From Schmidtea nova (taxonomy: Eukaryota), in the NCBI GenBank assembly GCA_044892505.1, contig CM097882.1, forward strand, positions 520,056,001 to 520,120,000: 64,000 nucleotides of DNA, in the 5' to 3' direction. Under the pieces are notes generated by a model, which had not been told where the DNA came from, searched no databases, and was given only the letters and a program-made list of their open reading frames with translations. Numbering within the stretch: position 1 is the first letter of the stretch; every line of letters begins with the position of its first letter. Shown here piece after piece: positions 1 through 14,345 of the stretch. The position numbers were made by a program, and so were the translations under genes.

Positions 1-1
1 A

Positions 2-202
2 CTTACACCAACTAAAAATAAGAACGATGAACCAATTATCGTGCATGGTAATATATGTAAATCTGCAGATGATGAATTACCATTAATAAAACCTCTCAGA
101 TACAATTTAAGATCACAACCACAAAATAAATTAATGATGTCAATAGTTATCCTTACTATATTCAATATAGCGAATGCAAATACAGTAAATAATAAAGATT
201 AA
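2..202 (+). pseudogene. Gypsy integrase C-terminus running in frame into a signal-peptide-like segment (element A)
   Basis: Frame 2 reads KNKNDEPIIVHGNICK...RYNLRSQPQNKLMMSIVILTIFNIANANT, TAA at 200-202. EPIxVHxNxCK matches EPIMVHANRCK in the integrase tail at 10765-10983. Confidence 0.65.
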
Positions 203-492
203 ATAACAAAACAGAATATGATAGCATAATAATCATTAACTTAAATAAAGATTCTAAAATTCAATTATATCTAAAATTTAATAATGGTTTGTAGTGACAT
301 AATTAATATGTAAATAAATATTACATTTATAATATTCATAAGATTTATAATATTTATATTTATATTAAATATATATTTTATTATTAAAAAAGAAAAAAAA
401 CTTTTGTTTGTATTATGTAAATATTTGAAAAAATAAACGACATCTTGATTTAGTTAATTTAGTTAATTTGTTAATTTAGTTAATCATTCTTT

Positions 493-1218
493 ATGTTTTC
501 CCTAAATGATTATAAAGTATTTTGTGAAGATAACAACCTTGACAATAAAGTGGAAAATTGCAATGATAATCGTGAATTAAATCCCGACAATATTAATAGA
601 GACATAAAATACGGCATTTTGCCAAGTCTTCTTCTAAATTTCGAATGTCATACTGAAATGCTAGTTAAAGTTGCGAGCTTTGATAAATTCGAACCAATAA
701 CTGAAGATAGCCTTCCAAGGGAAACTTGCTCAAAAATTATTGATTTGGAATTCATTTGCAAATATTTCTTATTTGAAGCAATAATTCATGCAATTGTTAC
801 AATAGCTGAAATGGATCTAATAAATGATGAACAGACTGATATGTTGAGCAGCCATGCTGAGTTTATCACCAATTATAACGAGAGGTGCGATAATTATAAC
901 AACAGCAGTAGTTCATGCTTAAGCACATATACCTTACTCAATGAGATCACACAAAGGGTACCTCCTTTGATATCCATTTGCAGTGATATTAAATATCAAA
1001 TCGGAAAACATCCAAAGATAATTTCCCAGCCTGCTGACCGCTATCAAACACGACGATTTAGAAAAACTCAATGTCCATCTGTTGGGCGAATAATATACTC
1101 CCTAACGATACACGGTCGGACTAACGAGGGAAGAATCGAGGCAAACAATATAATGATGGTAAAAGCCAATACCACATGGTTTATACACACAATTTATAGA
1201 AAAGGCAAGAAACATTAA
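493..1218 (+). CDS. Open 241-aa Cys-containing ORF of unknown function in the element A accessory region; possibly env-like ectodomain
   Basis: Intact ORF with several Cys and NxS/T sites, between the signal peptide (134-190) and TM fragment (1526-1579). No family recognised. Confidence 0.35.
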   Translation: MFSLNDYKVFCEDNNLDNKVENCNDNRELNPDNINRDIKYGILPSLLLNFECHTEMLVKVASFDKFEPITEDSLPRETCSKIIDLEFICKYFLFEAIIHAIVTIAEMDLINDEQTDMLSSHAEFITNYNERCDNYNNSSSSCLSTYTLLNEITQRVPPLISICSDIKYQIGKHPKIISQPADRYQTRRFRKTQCPSVGRIIYSLTIHGRTNEGRIEANNIMMVKANTTWFIHTIYRKGKKH

Positions 1219-1462
1219 AAATAATTATATAACTATATATATATATATAAATTTAAAACCACACACAGTCTTATTTATTTATCGAAACACCAATATCGGG
1301 ATTTAAGAAGACTCAATGTGAAATAGTAAAAGCAAAACCCATTAAACCTATAAATAAATTATTAACTCAAAATATACATAAAATAAAAAAACGAGGACCT
1401 TAAAAAAAGGCTCGAAAAATTAAATAGAATACCATTGAATAAACCCGCAATAACCATAAATT

Positions 1463-1681
1463 AACTGGGAAGAATTCCATAATCTTTATTATCCTCAACC
1501 AAAACCCTTTTATAAAAGATGGCCATTTTATACAATAATATTTAGCATAACACTACTAGTAATAACAATAACATGGATAAGCACTCAAACTTATAGAAAA
1601 TATAAATGGAAAAGACAGCGCTATCGGAGTCACCTTATCCAATATGTACCTGGAATATACACACTATCTACCCTTTGTTAA
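1463..1681 (+). pseudogene. C-terminus of a type I membrane (env-like) protein, element A
   Basis: NWEEFHNLYYPQPKPFYKRWP-FYTIIFSITLLVITITWI-STQTYRKYKWKRQRYR...LC*: hydrophobic helix plus basic tail; no ATG, so absent from the ORF track. Confidence 0.55.
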
Positions 1682-2234
1682 ATTAAACTGTCTAATCACA
1701 AAATGCACAAAATACTACCCAATCAAAAATCAAAAATCATGGGTTCCAATAAAATTTAATCAAAACTTAGTATTTATATGTCAGATAATTTATAAAATTC
1801 ACTCATATAGATATTATATCGCAAATAGGGGTAAGCCTTACATTTGCTTAATTTCTAATATCATATTTATTTATCATTTTAGATCAAGAATGAATTAACA
1901 ATCCAGAGCAATTATCCAACAATCCAATCCCATCACAAACAAACCAATACACACATATGACATACACATGCAGTACATACAAACATCCAGCAGCATTTTA
2001 CAAAGCATTAAAAAATAATATTCAAGCAGACTGAGAAGATATCACCATAAGAAAATACCCTAACCAAATATGCATCCCCAATGATTTCAAAGTAGACACA
2101 GAAGAAAGAGAAATTATTCTGGTTAAATTTAATGTAGTTAAAAGATTAAAATTAAGAGAAATTATTTGCTACCATGAATCAAGCCAGAATTTGGATAAAG
2201 ATACAAAAGAAGGTAAAAAATCCTACATAGAATA

Positions 2235-3083
2235 GTGATCCAGGCTCCGAGAACGAAGATTTCACTAAAATACGAAAACAAAACCTTAGTGACACTGAGC
2301 AAAAATACGGCAGCGTTTAAAACAATAAGAACAGACAGAAAAATGTTGAACAATTTCAATTATATAATGATCCAAATACACAATATACCTTGTGTAATTG
2401 CCATAGAAATATTATACATCCCAAAAATTAATAATCCCTTTCAAAAATCAGAAATAATCATTGCAGATATCAAGATGGACGAAAATTTCATAGAAAAGAA
2501 GACACCATTTAGAAAAAGATTCCTAACAACCAAGGAAAGAAGAGAAAAAATAGATTTAGTGTATGTTAAGACACTGAATGATTGTAATCGACAACCCAAA
2601 CCAATAGACATACACATCAGGCAACACAACGGTGATTGTGTATTTAAAACCAAAATTACTCCAAGAACCAAATTATAAATGGACAAAATAAACAAAGATA
2701 CGATTATAGGTAATATGGACGAATTCGAAGTTTTTTAAGAAATTAAAAAACACTTATACGGAAAAATAATTATCGGTTTCGACATTATGGAGAAACTAAG
2801 AAGTATCTTTATTAGTTTAGATGACGTATTAGGGGTAATAGAAATGGCAAATAACGAATATACAAAACCATTTGTGAAAAATGTCCCAGAAGATAAAATA
2901 AAATTATCAAATCTTGCCTTTCAAGTTATAAAACTCAGAAATGACTTAAAAATAAATAAGACATTAAATAATATTTTACTTCAAGCGGAACCATTCAATG
3001 TTCAAGACACATGCATGATAGTTAGAATCCTATATCTAATAACAGAGACAGATTGGGAAGATCACATTAACCAACAAATGTAA
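2235..3083 (+). pseudogene. Accessory ORF with REX4/ISG20-like exonuclease fold, element A
   Basis: ORFs 2235-2678 and 2787-3083 share a frame, split by two TAA. Motifs IHIRQHNGDCVFKTKITP, EIKKHLYGKIIIGFD and VQDTCMIVRILYLITETDWEDH. Confidence 0.6.
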
Positions 3084-3193
3084 AAGATACCAAATATCCT
3101 CATAGCCCCTATATAGAAACATATATCGAAATAAAAGAAGAGCTGGAAATCCAAAATAATGAAAATATAACAAGATGGGATTTTGACTTAGAT

Positions 3194-5813
<2,620 letters not shown>

Positions 5814-6049
5814 ACTTAGATAATGAGCAAATAAACGACATAGAACCGTATGAAAACAAATCAAGAGATAGAACAAAGAATAGTTGAACAAATTAATGAT
5901 GAAGAATTAGGACCCGAGCCCACTTTATCTCTAGAAAATACACAAGATGAAAATTACATAATTTTAACAATATGATGAAAACATTAAGAACACCACGATA
6001 ATTATGGATGAAGATGAATTAAACCTTTATTATGTAGAAAAAGGTTATA

Positions 6050-7942
6050 TTTGTGTATATACATTATATTTGTATATACATTATATTTGTGTATGGCTTC
6101 TTTATTAGTAAATACTCGGTTGTTAGTATTGTCTTGCCATCGTTCTCTGAGTTTGGTCTCTTTTTTAGTATTCCTTTTAATTTGTTTTCAATGTTCTCAC
6201 TGTTTTTAGTTGTTATTTGTTTGTTTATTTCTTCGTTGTTTTTTATGTTTGATTTCTCGTCGAAAGTTACTGGTGGGATAAGTTTGTCGGCTTTCTCTAG
6301 TAGTGTGTTTATTTCTGGGCCATGATTCAGAATTTGTTTTGATTTGTTGTTTGTTAGACCCATTTGGATAACACCAATGTCTATTTTTGAATTGGTTGTC
6401 GCCATGGTTTTGACGGTTTCTTTGTTTTTGCTTGTGTTTTCGGTTAGTGTTTTATTTCGGCAGTCTATTGTGAGGTTGTAGTGTGCCAGGAAGTCAGCTC
6501 CTATTATGGACTGTTGAACATCAGCGATTATGAATGTCCAGCTGTATTTCTTTAAATTAATTGTTAGAGTTAGGGTGTGTTCACCAAATGTTTTTATGCT
6601 TGTGCCCTTGGCTGCGGTTAAATGTTTTTTTGCGTTTTTTGATTGTTTTGTGCAGGTAATGGGGTAATAAAGAGATCACAGAACCTGTGTCAATTAGGAA
6701 TTCTGTGTTATTTGAGTGCACCATAAATGTATTGTTTTTGTCACCAAATGTGTGTGCGACTACTGGCAATGTTTCCAGTTTTTTTGTATTTGTTTCATCA
6801 AATGTAGGAGCAACTACTGGCAAACATTTCAATTTTTCTGTGTTCTTTTCGTTGTATATGCATGGTTTTGTGCAATTGAATGTTTTTTCTCCAAATTTGT
6901 TATGAAAGTAACAAAATTCTTGATTTGCTAGTCTGATTTCTGGTTTCCAGAATTTTTGTCTATATACCATTAATTTGTTTTTGTTGTTGTGAGTGTTTTG
7001 GTTTTGATTTCTTGTGTTTGGCTTTGGCCGGTTGAGCCTATACAATGTTTGATTTGGGTAGTAGTTTTGTTTTAAGTTTCTTTCTTTAATTTCCTTTAGT
7101 TCTGATTTGAACCTTTTATTTTCAGTTGCGATTTTGTCATGATGACTTATTAAATTATTAAGAATTTTATTTGTTTTGCTAAATTTAGTTCTTTCGTTTT
7201 CCTCCTCATCTTGTTCATGGTTGGGTATTCTATTTTTGATGTCCTGAGTACTCTTAATACTGGGGTAAGTTCCTGCATTTATTTTATGGGCCATGTCTGT
7301 CAGCATTTTGTTTTCAGTTTGATTACTTTTAGTAGTTGATGTTTGACATGATATTTGTTCGTTTGAGTCCAAGTTTGCTATTTTGGTTTGGACATACTCC
7401 AAATTTTGTTTTAGTGGTTTTGGGAAATTATTTTGGATATTATCCTTTTGTTTGCTATTTGTGAAAGATTCTTGTATATGCTTTTTATTTGTTTGATTTC
7501 TGTTTGCTAATAGGCTGCAGAGTTTTTCAAAAGGGTTGTTGTTTGTGAACATTTCGTCTATTTGATCGGAAATTTCGTTGCAGATATAACTTGGAATTCC
7601 TGTTAATATTTTCGAGCATATTAGCTTTGGTGAGGTTATATCGCTCAAAGTTAATGTCAATTTGGCTATTTTTAACCATGCGTGGATAGAGCCATTTTCA
7701 TTGGTAAAAAATTGGGATGGGGTTATTCATTATCTTTGTTTTTTATGCTCTTCAAATTCTTGTTTTCTTGTATATTTCTAGTTTTGTATTTTGTGAAAAA
7801 ATGAGCTTTTTTAAGGATATGGCTTACTGTGTTCAGCCAACAGAGACGCTATTATTTATACCTCTATACTAGGTATACTAAAAGAAATAGCGCTTGAAAA
7901 AAACGTAGCGTGTTCTGTTTAATGTTTTTTCTTCTGACACAA
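6050..7942 (-). mobile_element. Ty3/Gypsy 5' part: PBS, gag, aspartic protease; RT absent
   Basis: Gag with FCYFHNKFGEKTFNCTKPC, protease FLIDTGSVISLLP, frameshifted continuation SIIGADFLAHYNL; PBS-like TTGTGTCAGAAG on minus strand at 7931-7942. Confidence 0.85.
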
Positions 7943-8666
7943 ATTATCATGTTGGGATATAATGTTTTTATTAGTATTTATGTTAAGAATGCTGCCTTTT
8001 AGAAAACTGTAGAGCCCAGCAGAGTCTCCTATAAAAATAACTGTCTTGGGACAGCTGGGATAAATGTTGTGTATTTTGTGTGTGTGTGTTTGTGTATGTT
8101 TATTACGACAAATCAATAAAAGATTATAATAAAACAAAACAATATTTATAACCACAACTTGTATTTACTAAACAAATAAAGAATAACCGGTACTCACAGT
8201 GGATAATTAGTTATGGACTGGAAAAGTCATAAATCATAAATAGTCAATAAATCTTCTTTGGATAACTTCTTAGTTTCTTTTAATTTGATTCCTTTTCGGG
8301 TTTATCTTTTTTCCCTGGTTAAATTCTTATAATTTTTTAGTCCATTCCATTTTTCTCAATTTATTTAGATCAATTAACTATTTATATAGTTAATTGATTT
8401 TTTGTTTAATTAAAATTATTTTTGTTTTTAACTTTTTCTTGTAATTTTGATAATTAGTCATGCACCACGAACAGGGGGAGTTCTCCTGTGTCCGCAAGGA
8501 CGCCCTTATTAATAACCGCTACAACACGGATCACAATAATAATAATAATGACAATAACAATTAAAAATATACAACATTAACAAGGACATAACCTTAAAGC
8601 CCCAGGGAGTTATATTGGAAGATGGAAGGGTCGTAAGTGTAATAAAATTAAAATATCATACAATAG

Positions 8667-8807
8667 NNNNNNNNNNNNNNNNNNNNNNNNNNNNNNNNNN
8701 NNNNNNNNNNNNNNNNNNNNNNNNNNNNNNNNNNNNNNNNNNNNNNNNNNNNNNNNNNNNNNNNNNNNNNNNNNNNNNNNNNNNNNNNNNNNNNNNNNNN
8801 NNNNNNN
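8667..8807. other. Assembly gap
   Basis: N run. Confidence 1.
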
Positions 8808-9461
8808 CAAGCCAACAATGAAGGAACAATAATTGAAAAAACTTGATAATTTAATTTTATTTTTGAAGTGAATTAACTATGATTTTTATTTGATTTATTG
8901 ATTTTTATTTTGTTATATTTGGATGTATTTTTTATGGTCAACAGATATATTTTATTTTGGTGAGGAATATGAATAAACATTTAAAGTTATTATATCATCT
9001 AAAATAGCTGGGCATAATTGTTACTGTTTTGAATATATGTATATATATGTGTGTCTGTGGGTATATATATAAATAAATCGATGAATATTTCAAATTACCA
9101 TCAAAATTTTATTTAGTAAAAAACATTATTATTATCGTTATTATTATTGTTATTATAAAAATTACTATTGTTATTATTACCATTTTTTATGTTGTTGTTA
9201 TTTTAATATTATGATTTTATTGTCATTATTATTATTTAAAAAAAGAAAATTTCTTTAAAAGCACTTAGTGCTCGAATATTTACTTGCCAAATTTAGTGCC
9301 TTCGCCATATATATATATATATATATTTACATTTTAAATTTTTGTTATATATATACATTATTAAATTAAATATAGTTTATTTACAAATTGATTAATCGGT
9401 GTTATAATTTTGACAAAAAATGGCAAGCAAACAAATTCAAATGCAAAAAATGACAGTTTTA

Positions 9462-9653
9462 TTAAATAAAAAGCAGCAAGCAAACTCGAATGCAAAGACG
9501 ACAGTTTCATTAAATAAAAAGCAGCAAGCAAACTCGAATGCAAAGACGACAGTTTTATTAAATAAAAAGCAGCAAGCAAACTCAAATGCGAAGATCACAG
9601 ATTTATTAAATAAAAAGCATCAAGCAAACTCAAATTCTAAGATGACAGTTTAT
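9462..9653 (+). repeat. 48-bp tandem repeat, 4 units plus flanking partial units, probably in an LTR U3
   Basis: TTAAATAAAAAGCAGCAAGCAAACTCGAATGCAAAGACGACAGTTTCA at 9462, 9510, 9558, 9606; followed by TATATAAA, AATAAA, CTACA and a PBS. Confidence 0.9.
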
Positions 9654-9754
9654 ATAAATATGAAGAAGGAAGCAATTCAAAACTCAACGCGCCGATATTT
9701 TTATTATAATAAAAGTTCATTATTGATAGTAATTCATTTTAGAGTTACTACAAT

Positions 9755-9766
9755 TGGTGTCAGAAG
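9755..9766 (+). promoter_or_regulatory. LTR primer-binding site, tRNA-Leu type
   Basis: TGGTGTCAGAAG two nt after LTR-like end CTACA (9752). Confidence 0.75.
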
Positions 9767-10479
9767 AAGTGACAACTGTCAATATCACAAATCATCAACA
9801 ATTGCACAATTCACAGCTTCGTTGCCTCTCGGATCCGTTCCATATCCTCTTTTCCAGCAACAGTTATTAGCACAAACTAGCCTAGCGAATGTTCAGTACA
9901 TTCACTATCCTATTCTCAGTCCAATAGCTCACGGACATAATATGCTATCAGCCTCCACGTCAACTGCCGAAGTTATACACTTTTTCGAACAAGCTTCAGC
10001 GAAGCATGCTATACTAGAACGAATTTTTTATTATATTATCTTATATAAAATCTTATCTGTAATTATCATAAAATTTATTAATTTAATAATTTTATTTTAT
10101 TACAAATTTATCTATAAAAATTTTATATACACTCCATCTACCTCACTCTTATTCCCCATTTTAACTGCAACCATATTAAAAACATGAGCCAACCCACAAC
10201 AATTATTCTTTCCCCGCAGCTGCCTCCGTTACACCAACCTATATACTTATACGCTTCAACAAAATAATAAGCCAAATCGCTATTACCACTGACCTTTACA
10301 CCGACATTGCCACCTCTCTCCACATCGATAAAACTTCTTTTTACATGCTGTGTAACTGTTTCCAGCTTTCTTCAATCACCGAGGTACTACCGAATTCAAT
10401 CATAGACATCCATTGACGCATCCTAGGAGGTAAAGGTTCTGCAGAAGAACCATCTTCCTCATCCGGATTAGTGTTTATT

Positions 10480-10983
10480 TTGTATTTTATCTTTTATCCG
10501 TTTAAGACGAATACAGAACGGGGTACAGAAAACCAAAACCCCACAGTAATATGCTGTTCATGAGTGTACGAGACAAACGCCGTTTTATCTCATGTATTTA
10601 AGACACATTAAAATGGCTATCGACTTGTTGTTTTTCCCAAAAGCAACGCAGTATTTAGACCAAGAAGATTATCTCATGGAAATGATAGAGAGAATGCAAG
10701 AGGCATGGACTAAAGCAGGAAAGAGTCGAAAGATTATCATGATAAGAAAGCCAAAGAACATGGCATGTTAGTTGAAGACAAGGTGATGCTGGAAAGCCAT
10801 TATAATAAAAAGGGCTTATCACCAAAATTAATGAGAAACTTCAAAGGACTGTATGAGGTTTTGAGAACCACGGACACGAATTTGGTCTTGCAAATAGTAG
10901 CAAATAGAAAAGCTGAACCAATAATGGTACATGCTAACAGATGCAAGAAAGTTGCGATCACTGAGAAAGATCAGGTCAAATAA
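10480..10983 (+). pseudogene. Gypsy integrase C-terminal half, element B
   Basis: AVHECTRQTPFYLMY, EMIERMQEAW, GLSPKLMRNFKGLYEV (GPY/F-like), EPIMVHANRCKK; frameshifted. Confidence 0.85.
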
Positions 10984-11039
10984 AAGAAGGATAAAGGGTC
11001 AGAACTAGTCTCAAACCGATATCCGTTACGACAAGAGGC

Positions 11040-12116
11040 GTGCCAAAATCAGTTACATTTTTGGTAATAATAAGTTGTCTCATATCATCAGCAAAAACAT
11101 TTGTCCCAACAGCGGTGCAAATCCAAGATCTCGCATTCAGAAGATCTTTCCAGGAATTTCGGATAATATCATTAGCTGAAAATGATACCAAATTCAAGTT
11201 CTCGTTTTGCGAACGACGTTGTTTCCATTTTCCATTGGATTCAAACACAAGAGTGAAAGTCATAAAGAACTTATGAGCAGAAAAGGAATATCTATTAGAT
11301 ATACTTGTACAACATTTCATGTTTGGAAGATGGTCAGATTTTTCAAAATCCCAATGGAAGCTAAAAACAGCAGAATTCAAAAGGAAAGTTAGGATAAATA
11401 TCCAACCAGGTATGATTTCCTTCAGACAACCAAAACAGGGAGTGGATAGAGTAAAGATAGCAATTCATTCCGACAAAGAAATAGTACGAGAATTGTGGTT
11501 AAATGAAGACATTGAGAAGCAGAACCTCAAATGGAACAGTTCAGTAGAATGGAAAGCCCATATCACTTATATGATAATAAACAAAAAACCAGGAGTCGAT
11601 GAATGGAATGAAGTATTTTACGAAGTAATTCCTTTGAAATTACCCCTATTATCGACAACAACAAAATCGGTTACATCATTGATACGAAAAGAAAGTTACA
11701 TAATTCATCCTGCAATATGGCAGAGACTGAAAGGGTTGAAAATGGTAAAACCAGCAGTATCAACAGAAAGTTATATTAAGAGTTGTCAGTGTACAATTAA
11801 TAAAGTAAACCCCATTACTCACTTGGCAAAATTACCCGTTGGGGTATGGATTATTACATCAGCAGTATTGGCTATGATTACAACATTGATAGCAATGGGG
11901 ATTTGGATGAAATTATTCTTCAGCCAGGCTATCGAGTCGGTTGATGGTATTATGATGACAAGATTTATGACAATTACAGATAAATCACATATTTGTATTT
12001 ATATATATTTTAAAATATATAATATTGTTGAGCTCCGAGTAGCATTAACCTATAGCATAAGTAGATCTCGTAAACCGAGATTTGTGCATTTCTTTTTAGC
12101 CAATATTGGCATATAA
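11040..12116 (+). pseudogene. env-like type I membrane protein, element B, one internal TGA at 11274-11276
   Basis: ORFs 11040-11276 and 11319-12116 share a frame; signal peptide VTFLVIISCLISSA, sequons NDT and NSS, TM VGVWIITSAVLAMITTLIAMGIW; directly after integrase. Confidence 0.7.
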
Positions 12117-12155
12117 GTATATCTGATAATAACGTTAATTATTTTTCTTTTAGAT

Positions 12156-13532
12156 ATGAAGCATCAGGTATCACAGTACAAGCAGCGTTACAGCACTATC
12201 AACGTGCAGACAATACAAAAAGAAAAGCTTATTTATCAAAACACCGAGAAAGCTATAACCGCAGAATCACGGAAAGGTCTAGGTTATTGGTATTACGGGC
12301 ACTGCACCGGCATCCCTAAAATTTCAAGTTTCTTGGATCCCCCAAGAGACAAATGTGTTTTGTTACCAGCCTTGAGAATATCCGGTTGACAAAACACATG
12401 GCAGAATTAAATCGATCAACCTTTACCCATCATCTTTTGATCCACGCGATCAACAAACCATTTACAATCTTCATGGCAGGAGCCACAGGACCTATCCTAC
12501 TCCAACCAGAATCTACTTTAGAAATCGGAAACGGAGAGGGCAGAGAAAAGAACATATCTATCCAATGCGACGGCTACAACACCAGTGTAGTGCTGGAGAT
12601 TTTGGAACCCACCAAGGCAGTGCAATCATTGTGGAAAAATGAACCTGCCTGGGCCTATAATGTTAATGAGAACGATCTAAAATCGTTTAAATCCTTTGTA
12701 CGCATGAATTTGCATCCCAATCAAAAGGATAGATTATCCATATTTGTAGCGGTTCATTATGCTACCCTGCGAGACTATTTAAAGCCAGCCTTAGTGGCTG
12801 TTTCTATTACTAACTACGGGGGTGATTTAATATTAAACACTGTGGTTACCCCCAGGAATCAGTCAAACATTACCAATCGCACGCGCATGGTATGACAGAA
12901 AAATAAATCATTGGACAGTTTGACGGGTAGGATTGCGCTGACTGCATTAGGAAATTATGTGATGGGAAAATTCTAATCGGTCTCCAAGTCAACGAATTCT
13001 TGGAAGCAGACCAGTTACCCCCTCAGCGAGTTTTAGGCATTCGAGAGCTAGGAGCAGCAAAATGTCTGGAAGCGAGAGAACTGAAGAAATGCAACGGACA
13101 TTATCGACTCGCCTATCCGACTTGAAAACGACATGTACTATTTACCTCAAACTGAGAGAAGTTTGGATAGACGACATTACCCCAGGTAATCGTAGTGGGA
13201 CGATTACATCGGAAGTTAAGTTGGCTCGTGTGGTACAGAACCCCGAAGCAGGCAAAAGAAAAGCTATTGATAGCTTACCACAGGAACAGTCAACTTCAAC
13301 TAACCTACAAAAGATAGTTGAGGAAGAATTGCTATCCCCTCCAGCTATATCTTTAGCTGATGAAGATGATTACGCCACATGCGAGAGCAATGACGAGGAT
13401 CAGACCGACCTAAAATTAACTCTACACGGAGATAGGCGTACAATCACGAAGCTTACGCCAGAAAGCTCTTTAAAGAAGGAGAACAAGCTCGTAGAACTAG
13501 TAACCAAAACATTCCAAAAATTTACTTCATAG
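12156..13532 (+). pseudogene. Accessory ORF with REX4/ISG20-like exonuclease fold (about 12730-13170) and acidic tail, element B
   Basis: Across frameshifts: LVAVSITNYGGDLILNTVVTP, HGMTEK.IIGQFD, IRKLCDGKILIGLQV, LSDLKTTCTIYLKLREVW. Confidence 0.65.
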
Positions 13533-13663
13533 GAAAAATCATCCCCAAAGAAAAGTCAAGAACCTGTTGTAAGGTTACAAGACTTGATGATTAAAAAGAA
13601 AGTCCAGAGACTATCTCACCAGAAGATGGAGATTTAATAGAAATAGCATTCGTACCACCCGAT

Positions 13664-14041
13664 TTGGAACAGATCCATCAGATTAAAGACGAACGGAAGG
13701 TGATTTCGTTGGAACAGGGAATTCGGCAAAGATACCCCAGGATCTGGATAATGAGGATCCTAGTTTTTTGGCAACGACCAGGGAGAAATTGGGCACCTCG
13801 TATAAAGGAATACGATGGAAAACCTGTACACCAATCATCAATCTCGAACTTTCCGTATTATGGAGTTTTAGAAGCGAATGGAAAATCATACGTGATTTCT
13901 TCAATAGTATATAAGGAAGTAGAAACGCGCGAAACACTGGTGGTCAGTTATAGACCAGACATAGTGGAGGACCGCATCAAGAACGAACAAGCGAATATTC
14001 GCGAACGGGCAGCTCATAATATATTCGCGAAGGATAACTAG
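13664..14041 (+). CDS. Unknown terminal accessory ORF fragment, element B
   Basis: 125-aa open frame with the same composition as the upstream ORFs, before the PPT. Confidence 0.35.
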   Translation: MEQIHQIKDERKVISLEQGIRQRYPRIWIMRILVFWQRPGRNWAPRIKEYDGKPVHQSSISNFPYYGVLEANGKSYVISSIVYKEVETRETLVVSYRPDIVEDRIKNEQANIRERAAHNIFAKDN

Positions 14042-14345
14042 CATTTCTGCTACGTTCAATTCAATGTCTAGCAATAAGCTATGACGAATCTTCATCAAAC
14101 AATTAACATTTCGGCTAATTATGCAAATTTCTCAAGTTTACAGACAGTTACCATTTGATATTTATTGTGATCAACATTATATTATGACTTATGTGTTTTG
14201 TGACTTATTTTATTTTATTTTTATGATAATTGACCAGGTGCATTCAATGTATATATGCATTATTGTTATTTTATTTTATTGCTGCTAATCTTTCTTGTCT
14301 TTTCCGCTTTAATTTTAGGGACGAAAATCTTGTTAGGGGAAGACA

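Noticed and set aside
1010-1100. IISQPADRYQTRRFRK as a Rel homology domain start
   Set aside because: Only a few residues match, it lies at the C-terminus of the ORF, and no other RHD motifs follow.
9462-9653. CRISPR-like array
   Set aside because: Contiguous tandem repeats without unique spacers, in a eukaryotic context.
9420-10187. 255-aa ORF with KQQANSNAKTT repeats as a real protein
   Set aside because: It reads through LTR repeats, the LTR end and the PBS; the 48-bp unit stays open by being a multiple of three.
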